A stretch of DNA of 64,000 nt from contig NC_068999.1 of assembly GCF_001194135.2 (NCBI RefSeq), forward strand, positions 18,388,571-18,452,570, written 5' to 3'. Every line of letters starts with the position of its first letter. Position 1 is the stretch's first letter. The DNA is from Octopus bimaculoides (taxonomy: Eukaryota). Both the position numbers and the translations under genes were made by a program. Below, piece after piece: positions 52,432 through 64,000 of the stretch. The notes under the pieces are model-generated. The model was given only the letters and a program-made list of their open reading frames with translations, made no database searches and was not told the origin of the DNA.

Positions 52432-53746
52432 TATTGTACTTGAAATATTGCAGCCGAGAATAACATTTTAAACATTTACTATAGTTTATTAAAACAAGAA
52501 TTATGGAAACATTACTGCGTTTTTCCGAAAATAAACCCATCCGATTTTAAGCTTACAGGCTTATATTCAGAAACTCTTTTTATGTATAGCCCCAGTAATT
52601 TTTATTAATTTTAGAAAAAATAATAATTTAAGCAACATTCTTTAAGTCTGTATTTAAGCCCTTAGGCTTATGTTTGGAAAAAGCAGTACTTTAAAAATGA
52701 AGTAAATTAAAATTTGTTTAAAAAAAATACGGCAGAATTCTTCTAATTAGTCATCCCTTGGAGACAACTGAAAGTGACGAATTAGGTGAAGTAACAAATT
52801 AACCAAAGAAGAATTAGGCTAATTTTACTGTATTAATGCTAATAAATTTTAATAATAATTGTTTTGTCGGATTAATTTTTTTCTTTTTTTCAATATTGAA
52901 GAATTAACCGAGCATATGGTTAATTTGAATCCATTTAACGATCATTGTACTGCAATCAATGACGTTGCTATATACGATTTCACTTCTAGTGAAAAAGAAA
53001 ATCTTGTGCAACATTATTTACAACTTCATAGTTTATTGTTTGTACTTGATACAACTAGATGCAATGACTATTTTAATTGTATATTTCAAGAGACCTGATA
53101 TTAAACAAATGTTTTGTTTAAATTTATTTTTTGATTATTTTTGTACCATGATTTTAAAGATTTACTTGCTTTTTAGATTCTCATGATAAATAAAATAAAT
53201 TATCTAAAATTTAACTAATACAATGTAGTTTAATTTTAAAAATGCTATTCTTGGCTGCAATATTTTAAGTACAATAGAATTTTAATTTTAAGTACTTTTA
53301 AGTTTCCTTTAGATGTGGTGAAGTAGGCAAATTCTACTGCAGAAATCTTGTTATGTACTGTTCCAGGCGTAATAACTTAAGAATATTAAGATTCATGCGC
53401 TCGCAATTTGCATTGCAATCCATTTTTTTTTCAGGCAATGCATTAATAATAATAAACATGCTTTTGCTTTAAAACATATTTGAATTATTTGTCATTGTTG
53501 ATTATTGAATTAAGATAAGAATTTAATGTTTCTTTTTTTATTTTCACATTATTTCTTGAATTTTAAAAATAAGAGAATGTTACCTGGACAAAGTTCGTTG
53601 CATTGGCTAATATAAACATGATGTAATACTGTAAAAATAGCCAATGTATCCACGGTACGCCACGAAGAAACATCTGCCCTTTCTGAGCAGCATTACTAGA
53701 AACTTAAACGTCTGCCCGTTGAAAGAGAGAAACAATATCATTACTC

Positions 53747-53952
53747 TTTTCTACTACAGGCCTGACATTTTGGGGGAAGTGCTAAGTGGATTACATAGAC
53801 CCCATTGTTTCACTGGTACTTAATTTATAGACCCCGAAATGATGAAAGGCAAAGTCGGCACCGGTGGTATTTGAACACAGAACGAGAAGACAGACGAAAT
53901 ACCGCTAAACATTTCGCCCGGTGCGCTAACCATTCTGCCAGGTTGCCACCTT
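53747..53952 (-). mobile_element. SINE family A, full length
   Basis: CTGGTACTTAATTTATAGACCCCG...ATGAAAGGCAAAGTCG...AAATACCGCTAAACATTTCGCCCGG. Confidence 0.9.
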
Positions 53953-54556
53953 AGAAAGAATAGCAATATCGCATCATTAAATATTCAGAAATAAAATTAT
54001 TTTATATGAAGTTACAATTGCATATTATAATCCAATTTCCATAAAACTGTAAATTCTATAACCGAAATATCATCCATTTATTTTTTTAAATGCAAAAATA
54101 ACCAATGCAACCACCGTAAGGCCTTCTGGAGCAAAGTAAGTTTGTTAGTTGAAATACATGCATGATAAAACTAAAATCTGCAATTCAGCTACAGCTCTTC
54201 CCAACACGCCTGAAAATAAAATCAAATCTGAATTCTACTACTCTGAAAATCCAATCATACTATTTACCCTAAGAAATAATATAAATTCCTTGTCAATTTA
54301 CCCTAAGAAATAATGTAAATTCTGCTACTCTTTATTTTGAATTAAAGTTTAAAAGCAAACAAACAACTTATTAAACCACATCAGAAGTTCTTACAACGTT
54401 GTGATGCTTTGCTTTCATTTGTTTAGTAAAAATACCTCTTCGTATCATGATTTCGTCTTCATTTTGTGATAGACAACTATCATGCAGAAAATGCCTGGTT
54501 CTAAATCCTGTGTTCTGATTAAGTGAAAATTATTAAACATTTTTGCAATATGCATG

Positions 54557-54641
<85 letters not shown>

Positions 54642-54859
54642 CTGTGTGTGTGTGTGCCTGTGTGTGAGTGTTTACTTATGATATGATGGACAACAGAAAA
54701 GGGTCCACTTGTCATCAATTGTTGTCAACCTACCAACTCTCTCCTTAAAGCTATGCATTCATCACACACACCTTTGTTTCCTTTCATAGGCGTTTTAAAA
54801 GCTAATTATATGTATATGTGTGTGCATTTACGAAACCATGTATGGAGCGTAGCGTTATT

Positions 54860-56475
54860 ATCTTTGAAGTTGATTGCAGGCGTTCTTCTCTCAATTTGGA
54901 CCTCACATATTTGAAATCTCAACTTTATTGCTACTGAACCAAATTTCAAATTGTAGCTCAAAATGCGGCTTAGGATGTAACTAATCTAAAAATGTATAAA
55001 CATCATCAAATTTGGTAAAATAATCTGATTTAGCGATAAATTGTAGAAGTGGTCGTTAGTGAGTAAATATTGACCTTAAAAATATTATTTACACAGTACT
55101 GTGTGTGAAGTATATTTATTTCGATATATATTTATTACAATATAGTGCATTCTATGAATATGAGATAGACCTTTGCAACATACCTAAATACTGAACTGAA
55201 TATTTGCAATATTAGTTTTCAATTTTGGCAGAAGGACCTCAAATTCGGAGGGGAAGGAATTTGATTACAATGACCTCAGTGCTCAGCTGATACTCATTTT
55301 ATCGAATACGGTAAACATAAAATGCAAAAACTACCTTAGCAGAATTTGAACTCAGAATATAGAAACAGATGATATGCCTCTAAGCTTTCACCCTGCGTAT
55401 TAACTCTGCCAGCTCGTCGTCTTAGTACTGTAATAAGTAATAATATTACTTGAAAATTGTTTTACGTACTTTTGGCTCATTCAGTTTATATAATAACTGC
55501 TTCATTTGAATATTTTTTTGAAATGATTAGTGCCACGACACTCGATTTATCATATAAGCTACAGAAAATTAAAACCTTTACAAAAGAATCCCCAAAATGC
55601 TTGTTTTGAAATTGCTTTTAGGAGCTACCAAAATTTACAGAACATTTGGCCACAGTTGTTTTAAATAATTTACATATATATATAATTAGCATCATGGGAT
55701 TCCTGTAACTGAGATCTATAAGAAAAGTTGAATTTAAATATAGTTTTCATTTGAAATAAGAATAATATTTGGAATCAAAGTCGATTTCAGGCGTTAATCT
55801 CCTTTCTTTTTCGCCAGCTATTACCTCAGTACTTATTGTGAATATTTTTGCATATAGCTAACATGAATAGCTTCCTGTCGTCGTTATATATCATATGAGT
55901 CAATAAAAAAAAAACATTGGACTCAAAGTCTATTTCAGATGTTATTCTCCCCATTGTGACCTCCATATGTGACTCAAAATGCTCTTCTACTGAACCAATT
56001 TTCAAAAGTGTTAGCTCGGAATGTAGCTTATGATGTGTGACGAAGCAAAAATGTAAACAACATTTAATTTGATTAAAAACTGAGTTAGTGACAACGCCTA
56101 GAATTGGTCGTGCGTTAGTAAATATTTACCTTAAGAATATTATTCATTCACGGTAGTGTATGAATTATATTTTTTGAAAAAGATTAGTACCACGGCACCC
56201 GTTTTCATGATATCTATCACATGACGTAAAAAAATAAGCTAAAATAGAATATATATTACTTTAAAAAACAAATATTTGGACTCAAAATCAATTTCAGGCG
56301 TTACTCTCCCGTCATTCACTTCACATGCTTTACTGAAACTTTTTCTCAAAGCAATTTTCATATTTCTTACATTAAAATGTAGCTTAGGATGTGACCAATC
56401 TAAAAATGTAAACACCATCTCAATTGGTTAAACACTGAGTTAGTTATAAATGTTGTCCTAAAGAATATTATTCAC
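54860..56475 (+). repeat. Degenerate tandem array of a ~356-bp unit
   Basis: Marker GCTTA(G/T)GATGT at 54968, 56026 and 56382; marker TTGGA(A/C)TCAAA..ATTTCAG at 55765, 55915 and 56275; three near-complete units and one partial. Confidence 0.85.
55222..55424 (-). mobile_element. SINE family A inserted within the tandem array
   Basis: GCAGAATTTGAACTCAGAATATAG...CTCTGCCAGCTCGTCGTCTT. Confidence 0.8.
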
Positions 56476-57553
56476 GCACAACGAGGGTAAATGATACAAG
56501 AAAATCATTCACACAGTGATTTATTTTAAAACACGAGACAAGGCAATATCTTCATTTTAAGGATGAGGGAAATTAATGGATTGGCATTTTGAATTGTTTG
56601 AAAATATACGGCGCATTAATGCGATTGTTTTCTCTCTTGAATAAACTCCAAATATCTTAGACATTTACGAAAACAGAAATCTTTTTTGCTAGAGAACATC
56701 ATTACAAATTTCATTATGAGTATATGACAAAAATTCAGCTAACAATTCGGAATTACAAAAACCAAAGCAAAAATAATTAAAGTTAATTTATAGATCAAAC
56801 ATCAAGCACCAATATTTGCTTTAAACATTCCCTACTGATTATTATATTATCAAATACCATCATATGATCTCCAAGTACGATTCATTTTGAATATATGATG
56901 TATTTCCTTTCTTTATTTGGTGGTATATTAAACTATAAATTATTCTCAATGGTATTTATTTCACAACAGTCCCATATAAAATCCGCGCAGTTGTTATTTA
57001 AATAATTCTGAGAAAATATACTTACATTGTGTGGCTAGAAGTACAAGGAATTCATAAATATCTCAAACAATAGTGACCTGAGCTTAGAACTGTGCGCAGA
57101 ATGACCTGTGAAGTAAGGTATAACGTATGATTTTTGGAACAAGCAATGGGAATATATACATATGACCATTATTGATTATTAATACATTTTGATACACTAT
57201 TTTATTAGGTGATAGTTGAATGGTGCTTTCTAATATAGTGTAAGAATAATATCCTACATTTATTGATATATTCTTTAATTAAACATCATGGACTAACCTT
57301 CTTTGATTAATGAGTTCTATTGCACAAGAAATATATATTCTGAAAATCTGGGATTTCAAAGAATACCAAAGTTGACTTTACATTTAGCATTCTTTAATAT
57401 ATAATAGAAAATGAATAAGGCATGGTATTCATAGAATTTATAAAAGTAAACCATAAGGAGGACACCATTTTGTACTATTCTAAAGATACTGCCGTACGAA
57501 GAATGAGAATAATCTATGATACGATATCCATTACTAATATGATNNNNNNNNNN

Positions 57554-57780
57554 GTGTGTGTGTGTATGTGTGTATGTATGCGTGTGTATGATGTGTGTCT
57601 GCGTTTATCTGCCACCATCGCTCTTGACAACCGATGTTGGCGTGGTCATGGCCCCTCCGCCTAACTTAGTGTTTCTGCAAATGTAACCGATAGAAAAATT
57701 ACTAGCGTTACAAAGAATAATTCCTGGGTCCGATTTGTTCGACTAAAGGCGGTGCTCCAGCATGGGCGTAGTCAAATTAC
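57554..57780 (+). mobile_element. SINE family B, 3' half
   Basis: CCACCATCGCTCTTGACAACCGATG...GATTTGTTCGACTAAAGGCGGTGCTCCAGCATGG; preceded by a 10-N gap. Confidence 0.85.
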
Positions 57781-57788
57781 ATATATAT

Positions 57789-58330
57789 AAGCGTAGTATT
57801 GGCTGTGTGGTAAGTAGCTTGCTAACGAACCACATGGTTCCGGGTTCAACTTGAGTGTCTTCTACTATAGCTTCGGACCGACTAAAGTCTTGTGAGTGGA
57901 ATTGGTANNNNNNNNNNNNNNNNNNNNNNNNNNNNNNNNNNNNNNNNNNNNNNNNNNNNNNNNNNNNNNNNNNNNNNNNNNNNNNNNNNNNNNNNNNNNN
58001 NNNNNNNNNNNNNNNNNNNNNNNNNNNNNNNNNNNNNNNNNNNNNNNNNNNNNNNNNNNNNNNNNNNNNNNNNNNNNNNNNNNNNNNNNNNNNNNNNNNN
58101 NNNNNNNNNNNNNNNNNNNNNNNNNNNNNNNNNNNNNNNNNNNNNNNNNNNNNNNNNNNNNNNNNNNNNNNNNNNNNNNNNNNNNNNNNNNNNNNNNNNN
58201 NNNNNNNNNNNNNNNNNNNNNNNNNNNNNNNNNNNNNNNNNNNNNNNNNNNNNNNNNNNNNNNNNNNNNNNNNNNNNNNNNNNNNNNNNNNNNNNNNNNN
58301 NNNNNNNNNNNNNNNNNNNNNNNNNNNNNN

Positions 58331-58366
<36 letters not shown>

Positions 58367-58560
58367 TGTGTGTCTATGTTTGTCACCCGACATCACTCGA
58401 CAACCGATGCTGGGGTGTTTACGTCCCCATAATTAGTGGTTCGGCAAAACAGACAGATAGAATAAGTACTAGGCATACAGAAATAATTCCTGGGGTAGAT
58501 TTGCTCGACTAAAGGTGTTGCTCCAGCATGGCCACAGTAAAATGACTGAAACATGTAACA
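57789..58560 (+). mobile_element. SINE family B, full copy spanning an N-gap
   Basis: Head GGCTGTGTGGTAAGTAGCTTGC..CCACATGGTTCCGGGTTCA, gap 57908-58330 in the internal (TG)n, tail CTCCAGCATGGCCACAGTAAAATGACTGAAAC. Confidence 0.88.
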
Positions 58561-58561
58561 G

Positions 58562-58562
58562 A

Positions 58563-58619
<57 letters not shown>

Positions 58620-58690
58620 CCGAGACAGAGAGCGAGAGACAGACAGACAGACAGACAGATATTTGATAGATACATAGATTGATAGATAGG

Positions 58691-58742
<52 letters not shown>

Positions 58743-58750
58743 GAGATAGA
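58562..58750. repeat. Compound (CT)(AT)(AG)(AGAC)(AGAT) microsatellite
   Basis: Read directly from the sequence. Confidence 0.97.
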
Positions 58751-60079
58751 TGTTACTGAAAATGTAATTTAATCATCTATTTGAAGAGGGAAATGAAATA
58801 GGTTAGCATTCTAGCGAGGCAACAATATAAGTATGGAATGAATTTTAATGAAATGTAAGTAAGGACGCGACACTGATTAACTCTTTAATTGTTATATATC
58901 TAAAGAAACCATTGTAGCAAGTAATTTTACTCCCGTGTACGTTGTTGAGGAAATATATATGCAACATCAAATAAAGAAAAAAATCTTGGCTACTGCAAAG
59001 TTTAATATACACATAAACGGGTTGATGCTGGCAGGGAAAATATAAATATTTCTATCAATTTGTTATAAAGTTGTCAACTATATTATTTATCCTAATAAAA
59101 AACATACGCGTTGAGATTTTGTACTCGGTGATTATGATAAAATTATTGAAGCTATACTACACTTCTATATTACATACACACGTAAATACAGTAGTAATCT
59201 CCGTAAATGTAGTGCATGATTGCACATCCAATCATATACCAAATAGGACACCACATTTCAATCTAAACAGTATTTGTAGAATTTAAAAAAGTTACACAGC
59301 GGAACTGTAAAGATTCATTGCCTGGAATTTATTAGTTCATCATTGCTAGACAACATACAGTCAAAAGATTGTTACACAGTCATAGAACAACTTATACCCG
59401 AATATAAAACTACACACAAGCAAACACGCACACACACATCCTAATCTTTTTATGCACACTTTCGTCGGCTGCGTTTTACGCAACTCGTCTAGTGTGGCTG
59501 CAAAATAGGTTGTAAACAATAAAGGTCACAGGGACCATTACACCACGGTACAAGTTCCAAGTTAAAGATTGTAGATCAGATTATGTCTCACGTTTCATCA
59601 TTGGGAATACTGGTCAATTTTTAAAATATATATCATTTTTTAACTATCTGTCTGGGGCGTCACCACTTTCCCAGGACTTTTCAGAGAAAACCTTTATCAC
59701 CACTATAAAAGTAATTACTAACCAACGATCCTTGTTCTGCTCTTTGGCGATCTTCTGTATTTTCAGTGCAGCGAATAAATCTATTTTCCAGCGACAACAC
59801 CTCATGTCCTGCATGAAAACCTGAGAACATCGTTTTTTATGACGTGTCTTTATTTAGGACTGTGCTTTGATATCACTCTTTTACCAATACATCCATACAA
59901 CGGTTAATGTTCTTTCCTAATACCGATATCACCTCTTTGTCAAATAGCTATAAAGAGAGCGGTGTAATATAAAAGGATTAGACTCATTTCACTCCCACTA
60001 ACAGATCAAAGGGTAGGACGAGCCGCACCCAAAACCAACAAAAGAGGATGTATTATTTTAGTTGCAAGGAATTTTGTTA

Positions 60080-60440
60080 TCAAGCAGATGTAGGACCTGG
60101 TGCCAACGACTAAAGTCGTCCGCACACTGCTCGTTCTAAGGAACCTCCACACACAGCCTGAAAACATTTTGTTTAAACATGGTAACATGGACATAGAAGA
60201 AATTTCCGGAAATGAAACGACCAGGATCAACATTTCTAAGAACAGAGACGCTAGTAAAACTCCAAACAACAAAGAACAATGTTGTCATGTCTGCAATCGG
60301 ATTTGAAAATCCCCGATAGGTTTAAATTCACTCATGAGGCGACACAACAAACCATTGAATGAAAAATAATCCCCAGATCCATCTTGCAGAAACCTAATTC
60401 GTCGAAGAGTCATGAATGTCCAGCATATGTCTTTAAACAC
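60080..60440 (+). pseudogene. Decayed C2H2 zinc-finger coding remnant, probably from a retroelement
   Basis: EQCCHVCNRI*KSPIGLNSLMRRHNK resembles CxxCxRxxKSxxGLxxHxRxH; weaker finger-like pieces lie upstream (PTTKVVRTLLVLRNLH) and downstream (SHECP). Confidence 0.45.
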
Positions 60441-61032
60441 AACTTATAATCACACCACACTGAAACAAGAAGTATAATCTAAAAGTTCGATTAATATGAA
60501 ACTAGAAAACATACGCAACATGAAGAAACGAATGTAGAACAGCCTTTAATACTACAATAAACTATACTTAATATACAGAAATGTTATAGGTACAACACTC
60601 TGAAAAACATAAACATCATAACATATACTGTAATTACGCTGCAAATTAAAAGAAAACTATATACTAAATATAAACGAAAGCCGGAAATTTACTCAAACAT
60701 ATTCAGTTCTACATAGTTAAGCATGTCCAAAATTTGTTTAGAATGACTACAGCAGTAAAACCTCTGGGAAATCGTAAATATTTCAAAATGTCTTTAGTCC
60801 GTCACTGAAAAATAGGTTTTAATATTAGATTCTACATTTCATCTGATAAAGTGACAGATAATTTCCGTTTGACTTTAGAAGCCAGTTCTTCACTGAAGGG
60901 GCAACATTACTGGTTGAAATGTATTAATTTCTTGGTTTTATTTTCTTTAGGCACACGCATGTATGCATACGTAAGTGTGAGTGTGTGTGTGTGTGTGTGT
61001 GAGCGTGCGTGAATGTGTGAGTTTGTTATACT

Positions 61033-61255
61033 GTGGAGGCATGTGTCTTACTAGTTAGGGTGTTGCTATCGAGAACGTAAACTTTTGGTTTCGATTCTTG
61101 GATCGAATTATACGTTATATTCTTAACCAAAACGCACACTTTATTCCATGTTGCTCCAGCCCACTCAACAGACAATACTTAATGTTCTTGCGATGGCACG
61201 GCGTCGTCCCGTGCAGTGGAGGGATGTCATATACGCCATAGATGACCGAGAACAG
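61033..61255 (+). mobile_element. Old tRNA-derived SINE, family D (head similar to family C, different body)
   Basis: GTGGAGGC head, B-box GGTTTCGATTC, body TTCCATGTTGCTCCAGCCCACTCA...GCGATGGCACGGCGTCGTCCCGTGCAG. Confidence 0.6.
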
Positions 61256-63399
61256 TTTTATATATAGCTCGAGAAGGATATTTGACATTAATTTGTATGA
61301 TATACACATTTGGGTTTGCGCCCCATGCAATTTTACTCACAAGATTCGAATGCATTATTATATTCAGTATAAATCATAAATTCTAACAGCGATTGGATTA
61401 GGGAAAGCGAAGGGGCATTTAATTAAGTCTTGCGTTTAAATTTATCACTTTAGCATTTGGGTTCACCTCTCACAAACATCAAATTTGCTATCCGTTCGAC
61501 ATATGTCGGTAAAGTAAATGTCCTGATCGATAATTATATGATATAACAACCCAACCCTCTAGAAATACACATGCAAATAAAAAAATAAGAAATCTGAAGC
61601 TATGTATTTGTGTCAGAAATCAATTCTGATTGCGTGAATGCCGAATTAGATGTATACCATATATAAAAGGCACGATGTTATGTTCAAGACACACGCAGTA
61701 TAATAACTGTAATACTTTAATTTGACATAAATCTGCAGACAGAATTCCAGCTGCTTTTCATCCATACGCAAAATGTATCCTTTAGAGGTTTTCAGTGCAT
61801 AGGACATTCTATACGTTTGATATTTAAATTAAATGTCATCTAATAATCCAAATATATCTCATTATGTGTTATCCGGTAGATTGTAAGAACTTATATATTT
61901 CAACCGAATTTTACGTCCTTAATTACTGTATATTGTTAAATTTACCTTTATGAGAAACTATGTTTTTACGGAGATGATTCAACTCATCTGGCTCAGTTGT
62001 TACTGAAATACTTTTGAATTAATTCGAAAATCGTTGTCGTTTCATTTTCTATTATATTTGTATACCATCTATGACCATTATTTTTCTCCCAAAAGTGAAT
62101 AAGTAATAACATTTCCATCGGTTATCAACAACTCGTACTTATCACTTAACTTGCATTTTATTGCTGAAGGAAGTCTCCTGGTTGGGCAATAGCATCCTAC
62201 TAAAAATTTAATGCGCAGCATTCCTGCTTGGTTCAGTATTTTATGTGCTCTGCCTTGTCAATAATAATTCTTCATTGCTTGATTTCTAAACTCGGCATAC
62301 TTGCCACAAACTTACTCCTTATCATTTGGGAAGCACGAAAGCTGGTTTTAAATCACTCTCTAGGCATTTTAATGGGTGTTAAACTGATCTAAATATCTCC
62401 TTATCGAAAAAAAAGACATATTTGAACATTTATTCAGCAAATTATTCCACTAATTAATTTTAAGTCTAGATAATACTGGAGAAGTTTTGTCTGTGTTAAA
62501 TATAAAAACAAATCTCAGATTTCCTATTCTATTTACAGCTACCGATCCTGAATTAGAGCTCCTCTGGAAAATATGTTGGCTCTGACTTAACGTCTATCCT
62601 GCAAATGTCGGCTTGAGATATGATTTATGTAGCATTATATCGTGTTGATCGTGAGTTCATATGATAGCAGATTTACTGTAATGGCAAACGTTTGCTTACC
62701 ACATTTACAAAAGCTCGTTTTAATTAATACAATGAATTCCTTATTATTAAATTGAATTCTATATTTAACTAAAATCTATATGCTAAATGAGTAATCTTTT
62801 CTCATACTTTGCACTTTTTTGAAGAATGTACTTCTATTAAATTGAAATCACCCAGCAAAATAACTTTAATATACTTTATGCATTACATAATATATTTCCC
62901 TGTAACATTTTTCAGCTTCAGTGACTGTCTCAATTATAGGAACATACGTATTAATGAGTGTGGTACAATGCAAGTGATAGTTGCAGGAGATAATTATTTG
63001 CGAAGAATAATGAAGCAATCCAATGATTTGAGGAAGTAGTTCATATAACAGTGTCAATCAGATCAATGTGAACACCAACATCTACTTCATATAGGAACCG
63101 TTTAATTTATTCCAGTGTTTAATTTTTGTTTTCTATAAAATGTGTAACTAGAGATAATTCAATTTAGCATCTCATCATTCGATAGTTTTGTAATGCTCAC
63201 TGTTGTTATATTGGTAACAAACTGCTAAGTTACCTAAGAGACGAACGTGTATTTATTTTCGATTTCGCACATGGTAAGTGCTGCGGCGAGTCATTGACAT
63301 CCGGGGGATTGGAAGGATGGATTAGCCGAACTCTTATGAAGACTAGGGGTCGGTAGGAATCGAGAGAGAGTCTCACCTCGTAATTTTTGGGTCTTGGTG

Positions 63400-63750
63400 T
63401 TGATATCTTTAAAAGGATTTTGAAGATAACCAGAACGAAGAAAGTCAGCTGAGTGACAACAGCTTAGAGATGACGATGCAATTTGAGTTAAAGACCTATA
63501 CAGAATTGTTGAAAAGATTCGTCTACACGTTAAGAGTGGTGGTAGAAGGAAGACCTCTAACATGTTTTCTGTGTAAATAAAGAGGGCACATAAAAGCAAG
63601 GTTCCCTCAGAAAGAAAGTAAAGTATACGAACAACAACACGAAGGACAACCCCCACCCGAAGAGGAGGGGCTGGAAAAAGGAAAATAAAGGGGTGCCATT
63701 TTCTGTCTGATGTGGACCCCATAGGGCTTGAAGTGGGTGTGATACCCTGC
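63400..63750 (+). mobile_element. Retroelement ORF1/gag remnant with CCHC zinc knuckle
   Basis: YTLRVVVEGRPLTCFLCK*RGHIKARF is a Cx2Cx4Hx4C knuckle with an in-frame stop and the last Cys lost, preceded by a typical xxEGxP motif. Confidence 0.65.
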
Positions 63751-64000
63751 CTCCAGTAACTGAATACAGAGAAGTGAAAGCACTAAAAGTGAGTGATGGC
63801 TATTTTAAGGTGAAAACATTTTAGATAAACTAAGATTTAAAAATGTATTACATGTAACTGCTCGAGTGCGGAGCTCGAGTAGCCATTGCATCCTCACATA
63901 CACATAATATCATCCCATCAATTCATCCGTCTTATTTTCCGCTTCCCCGCTTCATGTTTTGTCTGTCCTTGTAACGTCCCCCTCCGTGTTGCGCCCCCAG

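Overview
AT-rich, repeat-dense animal genomic DNA from a fragmented short-read assembly, with 15 N-gaps, most of them next to microsatellites. The SINE families and simple-repeat content match my recollection of octopus (coleoid cephalopod) repeats; I have not verified this by search. I find no intact, recognisable protein-coding gene, RNA gene or CRISPR array, and most entries in the ORF track are microsatellite artefacts. The window reads as intronic or intergenic DNA. It holds decayed DNA transposons (a full-length mariner with TIRs, an internally deleted mariner, a mariner MITE, a Chapaev3-like transposase, a Helitron helicase fragment), non-LTR retroelement fragments (R4/Dong-like pieces beside TAA-type arrays, an RTE-like piece, a zinc-knuckle ORF1) and at least five tRNA-derived SINE families. 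The most unusual pattern is three fold-back structures (2.5 kb, 7 kb, 38 kb) built from inverted retroelement termini; two of them (7 kb, 38 kb) carry remnants of hammerhead-ribozyme-like motifs of the Penelope type. A few unique segments may be exons of a large-intron gene, but none could be identified. Nothing here amounts to a demonstrated new biological system.
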